From positions 1,280,001 through 1,344,000 of the forward strand of contig CBDCKW010000009.1 of assembly GCA_965218435.1 (NCBI GenBank): a DNA stretch of 64,000 nt, given 5' to 3'. A model generated the notes under the pieces. The model had not been told where the DNA came from. It was given only the letters and a program-made list of their open reading frames with translations, and made no database searches. Every line of letters begins with the position of its first letter. The first letter of the stretch is position 1. Shown piece by piece: positions 1-9,772 of the stretch. A program made the translations under genes and the position numbers. This stretch comes from Truepera sp. (GTDB lineage Bacteria; Deinococcota; Deinococci; Deinococcales; Trueperaceae).

Positions 1-75
1 GTTGCCTACCAGCAGAACCCGACCCCGCGCATCGAGCAGTATGGCGGCGGCAACGACAAACTCACGCCGCGCCAC
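1..75 (-). CDS. NUDIX hydrolase, N-terminal part (runs off window)
   Basis: Manual translation from GTG at 75 gives MARREFVVAAAILLDARGRVLLVGN, a typical NUDIX first beta-strands pattern; overlaps the prfA stop. Confidence 0.65.
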   Translation of the reverse strand, partial: MARREFVVAAAILLDARGRVLLVGN

Positions 76-1168
76 CGCTGGCCACCCCGTCGGCCAGGTC
101 ACCGGCCAACTGTGTCAGACGTTCTTGCTGTTCGGCCTCAGAAAGTGCCTCGGTGAGTTCCTCGAGCTTGCCCATCAGCGTATCTGTCAGATTGTGCGTG
201 GTGTAGCCGATGCGGTGGTCCGTAATCCGCGACTGCGGAAAATTGTAGGTACGGATTTTTTCGCTGCGTTCGCCCGTACCGATCTGGACTAAACGGGCTT
301 CGCGGGCTTCAGCCGCCGCTTTTTCACGCTCGCGTTCTAACAGCCGTGCTCGCAACACCGTCAGGGCTTTTTCTTTATTTTTAAGCTGTGATTTACCGTC
401 CTGACACGTGACGATAATCTCATCAGCGGTGCCGGGTTTGTAGGTAATTCGCACCGCCGAGTCAGTGGTGTTGACCGACTGCCCGCCGGGACCCGACGAG
501 CGGTAGACGTCTACGCGGTAATCCGCGGGGGAGAGGTGCAGGTCCACGTCTTCGGCCTCGGGCAAGACGGCCACCGTAATCGTGCTCGTGTGGATACGGC
601 CTTGCGTTTCGGTCGCGGGTACGCGCTGGACTCTATGCACGCCCGATTCGAACTTGAATTTGCTGTACGCGCCGCGTCCGGTAATTTCAAAGCTCACCTT
701 CGAGAGTCCGCCGACGCTGCTCGGATAGGTGTCTAACACCTCGGTCTTAAAGCCTAGTTCGCCTGCGTAACGGCCGTACATCTCAAAGACTTCAGCGGCA
801 AACAAAGAGGCTTCGTCGCCCCCGGCAGCGGCCCGAATCTCGACGATGACGTTTTTGTCGTCAAACGGGTCTTTGGGCAAGAGCAGGGCCTCGAGCCGCG
901 ACTCTTGCGCCGCTTTTTGGGGCTCCAACTCAGCCAACTCTTCTCTGGCCATCTCTTCTAGTTCAGAGTCGGCCAGGGCGTCGCGGGCATTCTCGATGCT
1001 GCTCAAGATATCCCGGTAAGTTTGGAAGGCGCGGACGACGGCCTGCAGCTCGCTGTAACGCTGCATCGTCTCGCGGTAACGGGTCTGGTCACTTAGGAGT
1101 TCGGGGTCTCCCAAAGACGCCTCGAGTACCTCGTACTCACGGTTTAGGGTTTGCAGCTTCTCGATCAT
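62..1168 (-). CDS. prfA: Peptide chain release factor 1
   Basis: GPGGQSVNTTDSA (GGQ), PAT recognition loop, ESGVHRVQRVP; start taken at MIEKL (1168), preceded by TAGACT-N7-ATG. Confidence 0.97.
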   Translation of the reverse strand: MIEKLQTLNREYEVLEASLGDPELLSDQTRYRETMQRYSELQAVVRAFQTYRDILSSIENARDALADSELEEMAREELAELEPQKAAQESRLEALLLPKDPFDDKNVIVEIRAAAGGDEASLFAAEVFEMYGRYAGELGFKTEVLDTYPSSVGGLSKVSFEITGRGAYSKFKFESGVHRVQRVPATETQGRIHTSTITVAVLPEAEDVDLHLSPADYRVDVYRSSGPGGQSVNTTDSAVRITYKPGTADEIIVTCQDGKSQLKNKEKALTVLRARLLEREREKAAAEAREARLVQIGTGERSEKIRTYNFPQSRITDHRIGYTTHNLTDTLMGKLEELTEALSEAEQQERLTQLAGDLADGVASGGAA

Positions 1169-1247
1169 TACAACTAGTCTACTCTTTAAGGGCCGCTTTA
1201 CGTTGTCCGGTGTCGTCGGTAAGACTTCAGGGTACAGGAGGTACGGC

Positions 1248-2420
1248 TTAGGGATAAGGCAAAAAACGTCCGCCGCGCCACGCTCCAAAAACCAGTGAGT
1301 CAGGCAGGAGTCCCGTAGTGCGGTCGGCCACAAGGTCATCCGAAACGCCGAAGAAATTATAGATACCCCCGGCCCCCACCACCGGCCCCAAGCCGCCGAG
1401 TGCGCCCAAAAGTGCTTCTCGCACCGCCGCTGTATTGTCCGGATCATTACCGGCGTCGGTATAGGTCAATACCTGCTCGGCGGCGGCCCCTAAAAGCTGG
1501 GCGGCGTCCCACGCGGCGGCGGCGGTCGTCACCTGTTCTACGTCCGAATCCGAAATCACGCCGCTCAGCGCCCGCCGAAAGCTCGAGACACTGCCCTTTG
1601 AAGGATGCGTGTCGGGCAGCCGGTAGCCTAAGACTGCCGGACTGAGGATGCTCACCGCGCCGGTCAGCTCCGCGCGGCTTAAGGCGTCAAGTTCGCCCCA
1701 GACCTCCGCGCGGACGACCCGGACGCCCGTGTACCCGCGTGCGCTCAGTGCTTCAGCTGCCTGGACGGTTCCTCCGGCATTGTCCCAAATGATGATCGTT
1801 TGCGGCTCTAGCGTCGCCGCTAAAAGCGCCTCGGGCGTCAGTGGCGTCTGCCCGACCGGGTACCGGACGACGCCGAGACTCACCTCTCGCAGTGCAAGGC
1901 TCGCTCGGTCGCCGAGTTTATCGGCTGGGACCAGCAGCGCGAGGGGCCACCCCGGAGGGCTCAGGGCAAGCTTTGTCAAGACCTGCGCGTCGTCCGCGGC
2001 GAGTGACATCAGTGGCCACCGGGCGCTGTCGTCGGCGCTGTCAACCGGTGCGAGGCTCAGCACCGGCAGACCGGCGGCTGTAGCGACCGGTGCGAGTTGC
2101 GCGGCGACCTGCGCTGTCTCGCAGCATACGAGCGCGTGAACCCCTGCGCTAACCAGCTTTTTTGCCTGAGCAGCCGCGTAAACGGCGTTGCTTTGGCTGT
2201 CTAGCACTGTGATATCAAGGTCAATGCCGCGACCGAGCAACGTCTCAGCCGCAGCTCTGAGCGCCGACGCTGCAACCTGCCCGGTGCCCGCCGAGCTGCC
2301 GCTGAGAGGGAGCACTGCGCCCAGCTTAAACGTCGGGGTTGGTGTAGCGGTAGAAGTTTGGGCGCTCGAGATGGGCCAAAAACCTAGAGACAAGATAGCC
2401 AAGGCTAAAAGAAAACGCAT
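1248..2420 (-). CDS. ABC transporter substrate-binding protein, LivJ/periplasmic binding type 1 family (orphan)
   Basis: Signal peptide then FKLGAVLPLSGSSAGTG, LDSQSN motif; no permease adjacent. Confidence 0.75.
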   Translation of the reverse strand: MRFLLALAILSLGFWPISSAQTSTATPTPTFKLGAVLPLSGSSAGTGQVAASALRAAAETLLGRGIDLDITVLDSQSNAVYAAAQAKKLVSAGVHALVCCETAQVAAQLAPVATAAGLPVLSLAPVDSADDSARWPLMSLAADDAQVLTKLALSPPGWPLALLVPADKLGDRASLALREVSLGVVRYPVGQTPLTPEALLAATLEPQTIIIWDNAGGTVQAAEALSARGYTGVRVVRAEVWGELDALSRAELTGAVSILSPAVLGYRLPDTHPSKGSVSSFRRALSGVISDSDVEQVTTAAAAWDAAQLLGAAAEQVLTYTDAGNDPDNTAAVREALLGALGGLGPVVGAGGIYNFFGVSDDLVADRTTGLLPDSLVFGAWRGGRFLPYP

Positions 2421-2466
2421 ATGCTCTACTATTTCACGCATCACGGTTTTGGGGGCGTAAAACAGT

Positions 2467-2674
2467 CCCTGCGGCCCGAACAGGTGCAGCTAAAAGTGGG
2501 TTGTGCCAAAAGACGGCGCAGCGTGAGGTGAGCAGGTGCAAGAAGACGCGCAACCCTCTAGCTACGCTACTTGGTGGGGTCTTGCGCACTTCTTATGCGG
2601 CGCGGCCCAAGACTCAACAGTCGTTTGCGGTAGACTGCGCTGCGCCGTTAACCCAGTACCTGCCAACCTGAGGG
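2467..2674. ncRNA. Candidate rod-shaped structured RNA (6S-like architecture)
   Basis: Nested inverted repeats across the intergenic region, including a perfect 11-bp stem 2513-2523/2638-2648, with an asymmetric central bubble. Confidence 0.4.
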
Positions 2675-2692
2675 TCGTGCTAAACTGACGCT

Positions 2693-3022
2693 GTGAAGCT
2701 TATCGTAACCATCGTTCAAGATGCGGACGCGGCCAAACTGCAAAACGCGCTGAGTGGGCGCGGCTTGCGTTCGACCAAACTCGCCTCGAGCGGCGGCTTT
2801 TTACGCGAAGGTAACACCACCCTAATCGTCGGTGTTGAAGACCATGAGGTCACCAAAACGAAGGCGATTATTCACGACGTCTGTCGGGAGCGCAGCAAGA
2901 TGCTCCGTCCGCTACCTCATATGAGCGAGATGGGGCCGGTGATGCCCAACGAACCTATCGAGGTGACCGTCGGCGGCGCAACCGTGTTTGTCTTAAGCGT
3001 TGAAGAGTTTGCTAAACTTTAG
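2693..3022 (+). CDS. darA: Cyclic-di-AMP receptor, PII-like (DarA/PstA, DUF970)
   Basis: MKLIVTIVQDAD...TKLASSGGFLREGNTT...VGGATVFV signature. Confidence 0.92.
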   Translation: MKLIVTIVQDADAAKLQNALSGRGLRSTKLASSGGFLREGNTTLIVGVEDHEVTKTKAIIHDVCRERSKMLRPLPHMSEMGPVMPNEPIEVTVGGATVFVLSVEEFAKL

Positions 3023-3518
3023 TCTTGCAAACGTCTTCTGGGCGCAGGATACGGATTAGACACAACGTAAGACAGAACGAGCTTCGTCTAAAAAGCAACG
3101 TTTGAGTTAATTTCCAAGCTGTGTCAGCTTTTGCTTTTGCCGTTATATTAATTGCTACCACGATATAAGCGTGTGAGAAACGCCGCTTCCTTAATAAGTC
3201 TCGACTTTTTACAGAGCCTGCTAGCAACGTTCTGACTGATCCCGGCAAGTCAACAGAACCCGGACTTTTACACCGTTGTACTTTATGCTCAAAAATTCAG
3301 CGTGGTAAACAGTTTGCTGCTGTATAGTATAAATGTTGTAAACAACTGTAGCAGGATCAACCGGCTGCTTCCGCTCTCGGTTACGAAGGAGTCTTCCCAG
3401 CGGGTATTTTCTCGAGCTGACGCGTCAGCTTCCGGTTTCGTGCTCTAGCTGTTGGCCACCCGTTTTGGCAGCAAACGGTGTTCTTTTGAGGGCGACCTCA
3501 AGTTGTCTATGGAGGCTG

Positions 3519-3704
3519 ATGATGACTAGAACGCAGCAGATTGACCACCTTCTAACTCGTGACCTGACCTTAAAACAGCTTATCGCACTTTCACGTACGG
3601 TCAAAGAGACGAACACTATCTCGACGACGCAGCAGACCAAAATCTTGCAAAACATCTCTAAACGCATCTGGCAACGTTCAGTATGCGAGTACGACGGTTA
3701 CTAG
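3519..3704 (+). CDS. Small hypothetical protein (61 aa)
   Basis: GGAGG at 3511-3515 before ATG 3519/3522; no recognisable family. Confidence 0.5.
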   Translation: MMTRTQQIDHLLTRDLTLKQLIALSRTVKETNTISTTQQTKILQNISKRIWQRSVCEYDGY

Positions 3705-3777
3705 CTGCAGATACCAACCCCCAGCGCGGCGTAACACCTCTCACACCGTTTGGGTGAGCAGCGGCTAAACTTTCTCT

Positions 3778-4095
3778 ATGAAGGTTTGGCCCTCTTTCGT
3801 TTCAGCACTGTTGTTGGCACTGCTAGCCGCGTGTTGTCCTGCGCCGCTACTGGACCAACCGACGGCGTTTCGGGGCGTGGTGGTTGGCGTCTCACCCAAG
3901 GTCTCTGCCTTACACCTCGAGCAAGCTCCCGGCACCCCCCTGTTGACCCTTACGGTCCCGCGAAACAGCGTGCATACAAGTACTGGTCAGGCGCTGCCCC
4001 TCGCTGCGCTTAAAGAAGGCGATACGGTTTACGTTCGGGGGAATCTGCGTAACGGCGAACTACGTGCGTCTGAGGTGCAGCGGCTCGAGGATTAA
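3778..4095 (+). CDS. Putative lipoprotein with OB-fold-like (DUF5666-like) domain
   Basis: Lipobox LAAC; LKEGDTVYVRG...ASEV pattern; TAAACT-N6-ATG. Confidence 0.6.
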   Translation: MKVWPSFVSALLLALLAACCPAPLLDQPTAFRGVVVGVSPKVSALHLEQAPGTPLLTLTVPRNSVHTSTGQALPLAALKEGDTVYVRGNLRNGELRASEVQRLED

Positions 4096-4247
4096 ACGGA
4101 CCCGTTTTAGCAACCGCCTGCATCTTTCGCCTATACTTTTCGCTGGTATCTTTCTAAAACCGTGCATTTTTAGCGATGGTAGGCTGCCTTCCTGTAGAGA
4201 CCGCTTCAACCCTGACATAGTTCGGTACGGGGGAAAGGGAGGCAGAG

Positions 4248-5156
4248 ATGAAGTATTTGGGAAAACTAGGTTTGTGGACGGTACTCGCCGGTTTGGTCTT
4301 GAGTGTGGCCGCAGCGCAGAGCAACAGCGGCATGATGAGCGGCGGCGCTACCTCGGCAGGTCGTTACGTCCAAAACGGCGACGCTCGCATCTACTACGAG
4401 GTTCACGGCGAGGGCGAGCCGCTGGTTTTAGTTCACGGCTACCCGCTTAACAGCGGGTTGTTCCGCGACAATATCGGGCCGCTTTCTGAGCAGTACCAGG
4501 TCATCACACCCGATTTACGGGGCTACGGCCGCAGCGAGACACCTGACGATCAGGGATCGGTAGCGACTTACGCCTCGGACGTTTTTGCAGTCATGGACGC
4601 CGTGGGCGCTGATCAGGCGATTATCGGCGGGATGTCTATGGGTGGACCGACTGTGCTCGAGATGTACCGCGAAGCCCCGGAGCGTTTTCGCGCCATGATC
4701 TTAAATGACACCATTGCCGCGAAGTCGAGCCCCGCAGAGGCCGGCCTCTGGCAGGGCGTGGGCAAACAGGTACAAACGCTGGGTGTTCCGTCGCTCGTGG
4801 ATTTCTTGATGCCCGACATGCTCACTGCTGAAACCCGGATGAACCGTCCCGAGTTGGTGACCTACCTCGGCAGCCTGATCAAAGAGGCGTCACAAAATGC
4901 GGCGGTTGCAGGTGCGAGTGCGCTCGAGACGCGCCCCGACTCAGCGGCGACAGCTTCAGCTATCACGGTGCCTACCCTGATTCTGACGGGTTTAGACGAT
5001 ACGCTCTATCCTTATGAGGTCGCCCAGTCACTGCATAAAGGCATTTTGAACTCCGAACTCGTGCTTCTACCCGGCGCAGCGCACGCCGCGATTCTCGAAG
5101 CGGCGGACGAAGCCAACGCAGCAATCCTCGAGTGGGCTGGAAATTTGCCTGAATAG
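4248..5156 (+). CDS. Secreted alpha/beta fold hydrolase
   Basis: Signal peptide, HGYP oxyanion motif, DLRGYGRS, GMSMGG nucleophile elbow, C-terminal GAAH. Confidence 0.9.
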   Translation: MKYLGKLGLWTVLAGLVLSVAAAQSNSGMMSGGATSAGRYVQNGDARIYYEVHGEGEPLVLVHGYPLNSGLFRDNIGPLSEQYQVITPDLRGYGRSETPDDQGSVATYASDVFAVMDAVGADQAIIGGMSMGGPTVLEMYREAPERFRAMILNDTIAAKSSPAEAGLWQGVGKQVQTLGVPSLVDFLMPDMLTAETRMNRPELVTYLGSLIKEASQNAAVAGASALETRPDSAATASAITVPTLILTGLDDTLYPYEVAQSLHKGILNSELVLLPGAAHAAILEAADEANAAILEWAGNLPE

Positions 5157-5178
5157 GCTGCTTCCGTCTCATTTTTAG

Positions 5179-5209
5179 GGGCAAGCAGCCTAACTGCTTG
5201 CCCTTTTTT
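5179..5209 (+). terminator. Rho-independent terminator
   Basis: GGGCAAGCAG-cctaa-CTGCTTGCCC followed by T6. Confidence 0.85.
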
Positions 5210-5313
5210 GTTCTTTTGTTGACGATTCAGTGTGCAAGCAAGAACACGAGTTTGTAGGCACTTCAACAGAGTTTTTAGTTGTGGAACCCGAAGATAATTT
5301 TGGGAGGCAGTAT

Positions 5314-6459
5314 ATGAGAGCACTGGTTTACAACGGCCCGAAAGATGTTTCGGTAATGGATGTTCCTGACGCGCAGATCGAAGCTCCAACCGATGTTTTG
5401 GTGAAGATCACTACGACCAATATCTGCGGTTCTGACCTACATATGTACGAAGGTCGTACCAGCGTCGAACACGGTAAGGTCTTGGGTCACGAGAATCTAG
5501 GTCAAGTTGTCGAGGTCGGTCCGGCAGTAGTTCGGGTCAAAGTCGGCGATTACGTCTGTTTGCCGTTTAATATCGCTTGTGGGTTTTGTAAAAACTGTGA
5601 AAAAGGGTTGACCGGCTTTTGCTTAACGGTCAACCCGGGGTTCGCTGGCGGCGCTTACGGCTACGCCGACATGGGACCTTACAAAGGTGGTCAAGCCGAG
5701 TACCTGCGGGTACCGTTCGCGGACTTTAACTGTTTAATCCTTCCCGAAGATGCCCAGGAAAAAGAAAACGACTATGCGATGTTGGCCGACATCTGGCCGA
5801 CGGGCTATCACGCCACTGAACTTGCGGGCGTTAAACCGGGTGAGTCGGTAGTCGTTTACGGCTCAGGACCCGTGGGGCTGATGGCCGCATATTCAGCCAA
5901 CCTCAAGGGTGCCAGTCAAGTTATGGTCGTTGACCAACATCCCGACCGCCTAAGGCTCGCCGAGCAGATCGGCGCAATTCCGGTAGATTACAGTCAAGGC
6001 GACCCGGTTGAGCAGATTATGGACCTGACTGACGGTGAAGGCGCGGACCGTGGTTGCGAATGCGTCGGCTGGCAGTGTCACGACCCACAAGGTCACGAGG
6101 TCCCGAATATGACGATGAATAACCTCGTCAAGTCGGTACGTGCGACCGGCTCTTTCGGCGTCATCGGTTTGTTTGAGCCCGAAGACCCGAAACCAGTCAA
6201 TGACCTGACGGCTCACGGACAGATCGCCTTCGACATGGGTTTGTTTTTTACCAAAGGGCAGCGTATGGGTACGGGGCAGGCCAACGTCAAAGCGTACAAC
6301 CGCGAACTGATGGAGCTGATCCATAAGGGTAAGGCAAATCCGGCTTTTATAGTGTCGCAAGAACTGTCTTTAGAGGCTGCACCCGACGCTTACAAGCACT
6401 TTGACAACCGTGACGAGGGTTGGACGAAGGTCGTCCTCAAACCGGGGATGGGCAATTAG
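5314..6459 (+). CDS. Glutathione-independent formaldehyde dehydrogenase (Zn-dependent MDR)
   Basis: ICGSDLHMYEGR, GHE, CGFCKNCEKGLTGFC Zn site, GSGPVG; RBS GGAGG before MRALVYNGP. Confidence 0.9.
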   Translation: MRALVYNGPKDVSVMDVPDAQIEAPTDVLVKITTTNICGSDLHMYEGRTSVEHGKVLGHENLGQVVEVGPAVVRVKVGDYVCLPFNIACGFCKNCEKGLTGFCLTVNPGFAGGAYGYADMGPYKGGQAEYLRVPFADFNCLILPEDAQEKENDYAMLADIWPTGYHATELAGVKPGESVVVYGSGPVGLMAAYSANLKGASQVMVVDQHPDRLRLAEQIGAIPVDYSQGDPVEQIMDLTDGEGADRGCECVGWQCHDPQGHEVPNMTMNNLVKSVRATGSFGVIGLFEPEDPKPVNDLTAHGQIAFDMGLFFTKGQRMGTGQANVKAYNRELMELIHKGKANPAFIVSQELSLEAAPDAYKHFDNRDEGWTKVVLKPGMGN

Positions 6460-6544
6460 CCGTGCTGCGCGGGCAGTCTTAGACGCGTTCAGGACGTTTC
6501 AGCTATTTACGGCGCTGTGAGTCACTAAACTAAAGGAGAGTCAA

Positions 6545-6775
6545 ATGGATACTGAGCAGATCAAAGAGCACATGGAAGTCGTCGGGTCAGACGGCGAGCA
6601 CGTCGGTATTGTGGATAAGCTCGAGGGTAAACGCCTTAAGCTGACCCACCACGACTCACAAGCTGAGGGTAAGCACCACTTTTTACCGGTGTCGGCCGTA
6701 GCCAGCGTGGACGAGTTCGTCACGCTTTCTATGACTGCTGAGGAAGCTGAGGCGCAGTGGGAGGAAGAGCAGTAG
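6545..6775 (+). CDS. DUF2171 family protein
   Basis: IKEHMEVVGSDGEHVGIVDKLEG..KLT..DS...HH signature. Confidence 0.9.
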   Translation: MDTEQIKEHMEVVGSDGEHVGIVDKLEGKRLKLTHHDSQAEGKHHFLPVSAVASVDEFVTLSMTAEEAEAQWEEEQ

Positions 6776-6901
6776 CTCCCGGAACCTCCGCGTCAAAGTA
6801 ACCTCCGCCTACCCCTTGACGGACGGGCCAACTCGCCCCGGCTGCCAGGGGGTATCTAGCTGGACACGATTTCATTTGGATACTACAGGAGTTAAGGTAA
6901 G

Positions 6902-8083
6902 ATGCAAAAGCAAGCAATACGTACCCCACTAGAGTTACTCGGTCTCTTGGGTGGGCTGCTGGTTTCATGTGCCCCGGCAGCTAGTTCGGCGGCGGTGACG
7001 TTGCCCCAAACGCAGACGACGGGGGAGCTCGAGCAAGTCGCCACCTTTAACGGCCCCATGCCGACCGGGGTCACCGTCTCGCAAACCGGGCGCATTTTCG
7101 TCAACTTTCCGCGTTGGGGCGACCCGGTAGCGGCCACCGTCGCCGAACTCGTAGACGGACAAGCTGTCCCTTATCCCAGCGCAGAGGTCACGGCGCTCGA
7201 CTTAGCGAACGCCGCTGAGACGTTTGTCTCGGTGCAGTCTGTCGTGGTTGACCCGGACGACCGCCTCTGGGTGTTGGATACGGGCAGCATCAACTTTGCC
7301 CCGGTGGTTGAGGGTGGGCCGAAGCTGGTCGGGATTGACCTGAGCACGAACAAGATTTTTAAGACGATCCGTTTTTCAGGTGATGTCGTGTTGCCTACAA
7401 CTTACCTGAACGATGTACGTTTCGACCTGCGCCGGGGCGAGGGCGGGGTTGCCTATATCACCGATTCGTCGGGTACCGGACCCAACGGAATTATCGTCGT
7501 TGACTTGGCCTCCGGCACCAGCCGCCGTTTACTTAACAACCATCCATCAACTCAAGCTCAGAAAAACTTTTTACCGTTTGTCGAAGGTCGCCCTCTGATG
7601 GAGCGCGTCCCTAACGAGTCACCGAAGTATCTGGCGCTTGGCTCGGACGGTATTGCTATAAGCAGTGACGGCAGCCGCCTCTACTACTGCCCGCTGGCCA
7701 GCCGCAGGCTCTACAGCGTAGCTACGGGCGCACTGCTCGACACGAGTCTGAGCGCCGCTCAAGTTGCTGAGACCGTCAGAGACGAAGGCATGAAACCCGC
7801 TTCGGACGGGCTCGAGTCAGACGCTGAGGGACGCGTATACGCAACCGCATATGAGCAAAATGCGGTCACACGGCTGAAACAAAACGGTCTTTATGAAACC
7901 GTCGTGTCCAACCCGCGTATTTTGTGGCCCGATACGTTGTCGCTCGCAGGTGACGGCTACCTCTACTTCACCGCCAATCAGCTTCACCGGCAGGCGAGCT
8001 ACCATAACGGTCAGGACCTGCGCGTCAAACCCTACAGCTTGTTCCGCGTCAAAGTTGACGCTGCGCCGGTACGGTTGCGTTAA
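6902..8083 (+). CDS. Major royal jelly / L-dopachrome tautomerase-related beta-propeller lipoprotein
   Basis: GRIFVNFPRWGD, SVQSVVVD, LWVLDTG, YLNDVRFD, WPDT motifs; lipobox LVSC. Confidence 0.88.
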   Translation: MQKQAIRTPLELLGLLGGLLVSCAPAASSAAVTLPQTQTTGELEQVATFNGPMPTGVTVSQTGRIFVNFPRWGDPVAATVAELVDGQAVPYPSAEVTALDLANAAETFVSVQSVVVDPDDRLWVLDTGSINFAPVVEGGPKLVGIDLSTNKIFKTIRFSGDVVLPTTYLNDVRFDLRRGEGGVAYITDSSGTGPNGIIVVDLASGTSRRLLNNHPSTQAQKNFLPFVEGRPLMERVPNESPKYLALGSDGIAISSDGSRLYYCPLASRRLYSVATGALLDTSLSAAQVAETVRDEGMKPASDGLESDAEGRVYATAYEQNAVTRLKQNGLYETVVSNPRILWPDTLSLAGDGYLYFTANQLHRQASYHNGQDLRVKPYSLFRVKVDAAPVRLR

Positions 8084-8089
8084 GTTACG

Positions 8090-8800
8090 TTAGACGATAC
8101 GGCCCCACGGCTCCGGTACAGCGAAGGGCTCGAGCCCCACGTCAGCGTAAAGTGCGTCGGGCAGGTCTAAACCGGTCAGATAAAGCTCGCCGACGTGACC
8201 TCCCGGCGCGGTTCCCGGTTTGGGCAGAGCAAGGGCTAACGTCGCGGTCGCCTGAACCACGTCACCGGGGACGCTGCCGTCATCGGCGTCGAGCCCGGTC
8301 GGAACGTCGAGCGACACCACGGTTGCGCCCAGGTTGTTTAAGACCGTGATCACGTCGAGGGTACGGCCCCGCGGCGGTCCCTCGAGCCCTGTCCCCACCG
8401 CCGCGTCAATCACGCAGCTGAACTTCATCTTAGGTAAGCCGCTCTTTACCCGCACGTTGCTATGTGCAGCGAGTTTCTCGAGCTGTTCTTTGGGGACGCC
8501 CGAGTAGTTTTCGGCCTCGTGTGTCGGGACGACCCAAACCCGGCGGCCCTGTTCGGCCAAGTAGCACGCGGCTGAAATCCCCGCGCCACCGTTGTGGCCC
8601 CGGCCGACGACGACCAGCACCGGACCCTCGGGGGCATAGTGCGCGGCGAGCGCGGCGAGGCTCGAGCCCGCCCGGTCCATTAGGTCAATCATCCGAAACC
8701 CGTAACGGCCGGTTGCTAAGACGGTCAGCTGCCGCAGCTGTGCGCAGCTCATCTTGGGGACGTCGGCCCAGGCGAGGGTCGGTATGTCTACCCCTAGCAT
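8090..8800 (-). CDS. nnrE: NAD(P)H-hydrate epimerase (stand-alone YjeF_N)
   Basis: GRGHNGGAG, IDAAVGTG, SLDVPTG, TLALALPKPG; start overlaps the yebC stop (TGATG). Confidence 0.85.
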   Translation of the reverse strand: MLGVDIPTLAWADVPKMSCAQLRQLTVLATGRYGFRMIDLMDRAGSSLAALAAHYAPEGPVLVVVGRGHNGGAGISAACYLAEQGRRVWVVPTHEAENYSGVPKEQLEKLAAHSNVRVKSGLPKMKFSCVIDAAVGTGLEGPPRGRTLDVITVLNNLGATVVSLDVPTGLDADDGSVPGDVVQATATLALALPKPGTAPGGHVGELYLTGLDLPDALYADVGLEPFAVPEPWGRIV

Positions 8801-9525
8801 CAAGCCGCGCCCTGTAACGCAGGTAAGTTCGCGGTGGTGTAGACGCTCTGCACGTCGTCTAGGTCTTCAAGCGCCTCGATCAGCCGCACCAATTTGTCGG
8901 CGTCGTCCGCGCTCAGCTCGGTTTCAGTTTGCGCAACTTTCGTTAGCTGCGCCACTTCAGCCTCGAGCCCCTGCGCTTGCAACCCTTCGAGTACCGTATA
9001 CAGCTCGGTCGGGCCGGTGTAGATGGTGAGCTGTTCGTCCGCCTCGAGGTCGTCCGCGCCGAGTTCGATCGCAAGTTCTTGGGTCGCTTCAGAGATGTCA
9101 TCTAAAACAATCACGCCACGGCTTTCAAACTGCCACGCCGTCGAACCCGACATATTACCGCCGTGTTTGCTGAACACGTGCCGCACTTCGGCCACAGTGC
9201 GGTTGCGGTTGTCGGTCAACGCCTCAACGAGGAGCGCGACGCCCGCCGGTCCGTAGCCTTCGTAAGCTACTTCGTCGAAATTGTTGCCTTCACCGCCGCC
9301 GAGCGCCCGCTCGATGGCGCGGTCAATGTTGTCTTGCGGTACATCGTCGCTTTTGGCGGCAGCGAGCGCGTTTTTGAGCGGCAAGTTAGCTGAGGGGTCG
9401 CCGCTGCCCCCTTCACGGACGGCGGCCTGTACCGCGCGAATATGTTTACTGATAGCTTTGCCGCGCTGATTGTCGTTCACGGCCTTTTTGCGTTTGATCT
9501 GTGACCACTTGCTGTGACCTGCCAT
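8800..9525 (-). CDS. yebC: YebC/PmpR family protein
   Basis: [37 protein letters not shown]. Confidence 0.97.
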   Translation of the reverse strand: MAGHSKWSQIKRKKAVNDNQRGKAISKHIRAVQAAVREGGSGDPSANLPLKNALAAAKSDDVPQDNIDRAIERALGGGEGNNFDEVAYEGYGPAGVALLVEALTDNRNRTVAEVRHVFSKHGGNMSGSTAWQFESRGVIVLDDISEATQELAIELGADDLEADEQLTIYTGPTELYTVLEGLQAQGLEAEVAQLTKVAQTETELSADDADKLVRLIEALEDLDDVQSVYTTANLPALQGAA

Positions 9526-9772
9526 AACCCTGACTCCTCCGATTTGCGCTTTTAACCTACGCTTATATAGACGAGTATAAAGCTTAAGGCCGGATTTGAG
9601 TCAGGTCTGGGTTGGAGTCTGAGGGTTTGGGCTCAGTTGGGGGCGTTTGAAGCGTGCTGAGTAAGAGAAGTGAGACTTTAGAGTGCAGCCTAAAGAAGTC
9701 TATAGCTCGAGCAGGGAGTCTCTTACGCGCTTAGGTTGATCGTAGCTAAAGCAAAGGCAAGCTCAACCTAAC

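Noticed and set aside
1169..1447. N-terminal extension of the prfA ORF (461 aa call)
   Set aside because: Overlaps the neighbouring gene; RF1 homology and a leaderless -10 point to ATG 1168
2445..2692. c-di-AMP (ydaO) riboswitch upstream of darA
   Set aside because: Characteristic GCTGAA/GGGGAACC/GGTGAA/CCCGTCAGCTAAC elements not found; fold is a rod, not two three-way junctions
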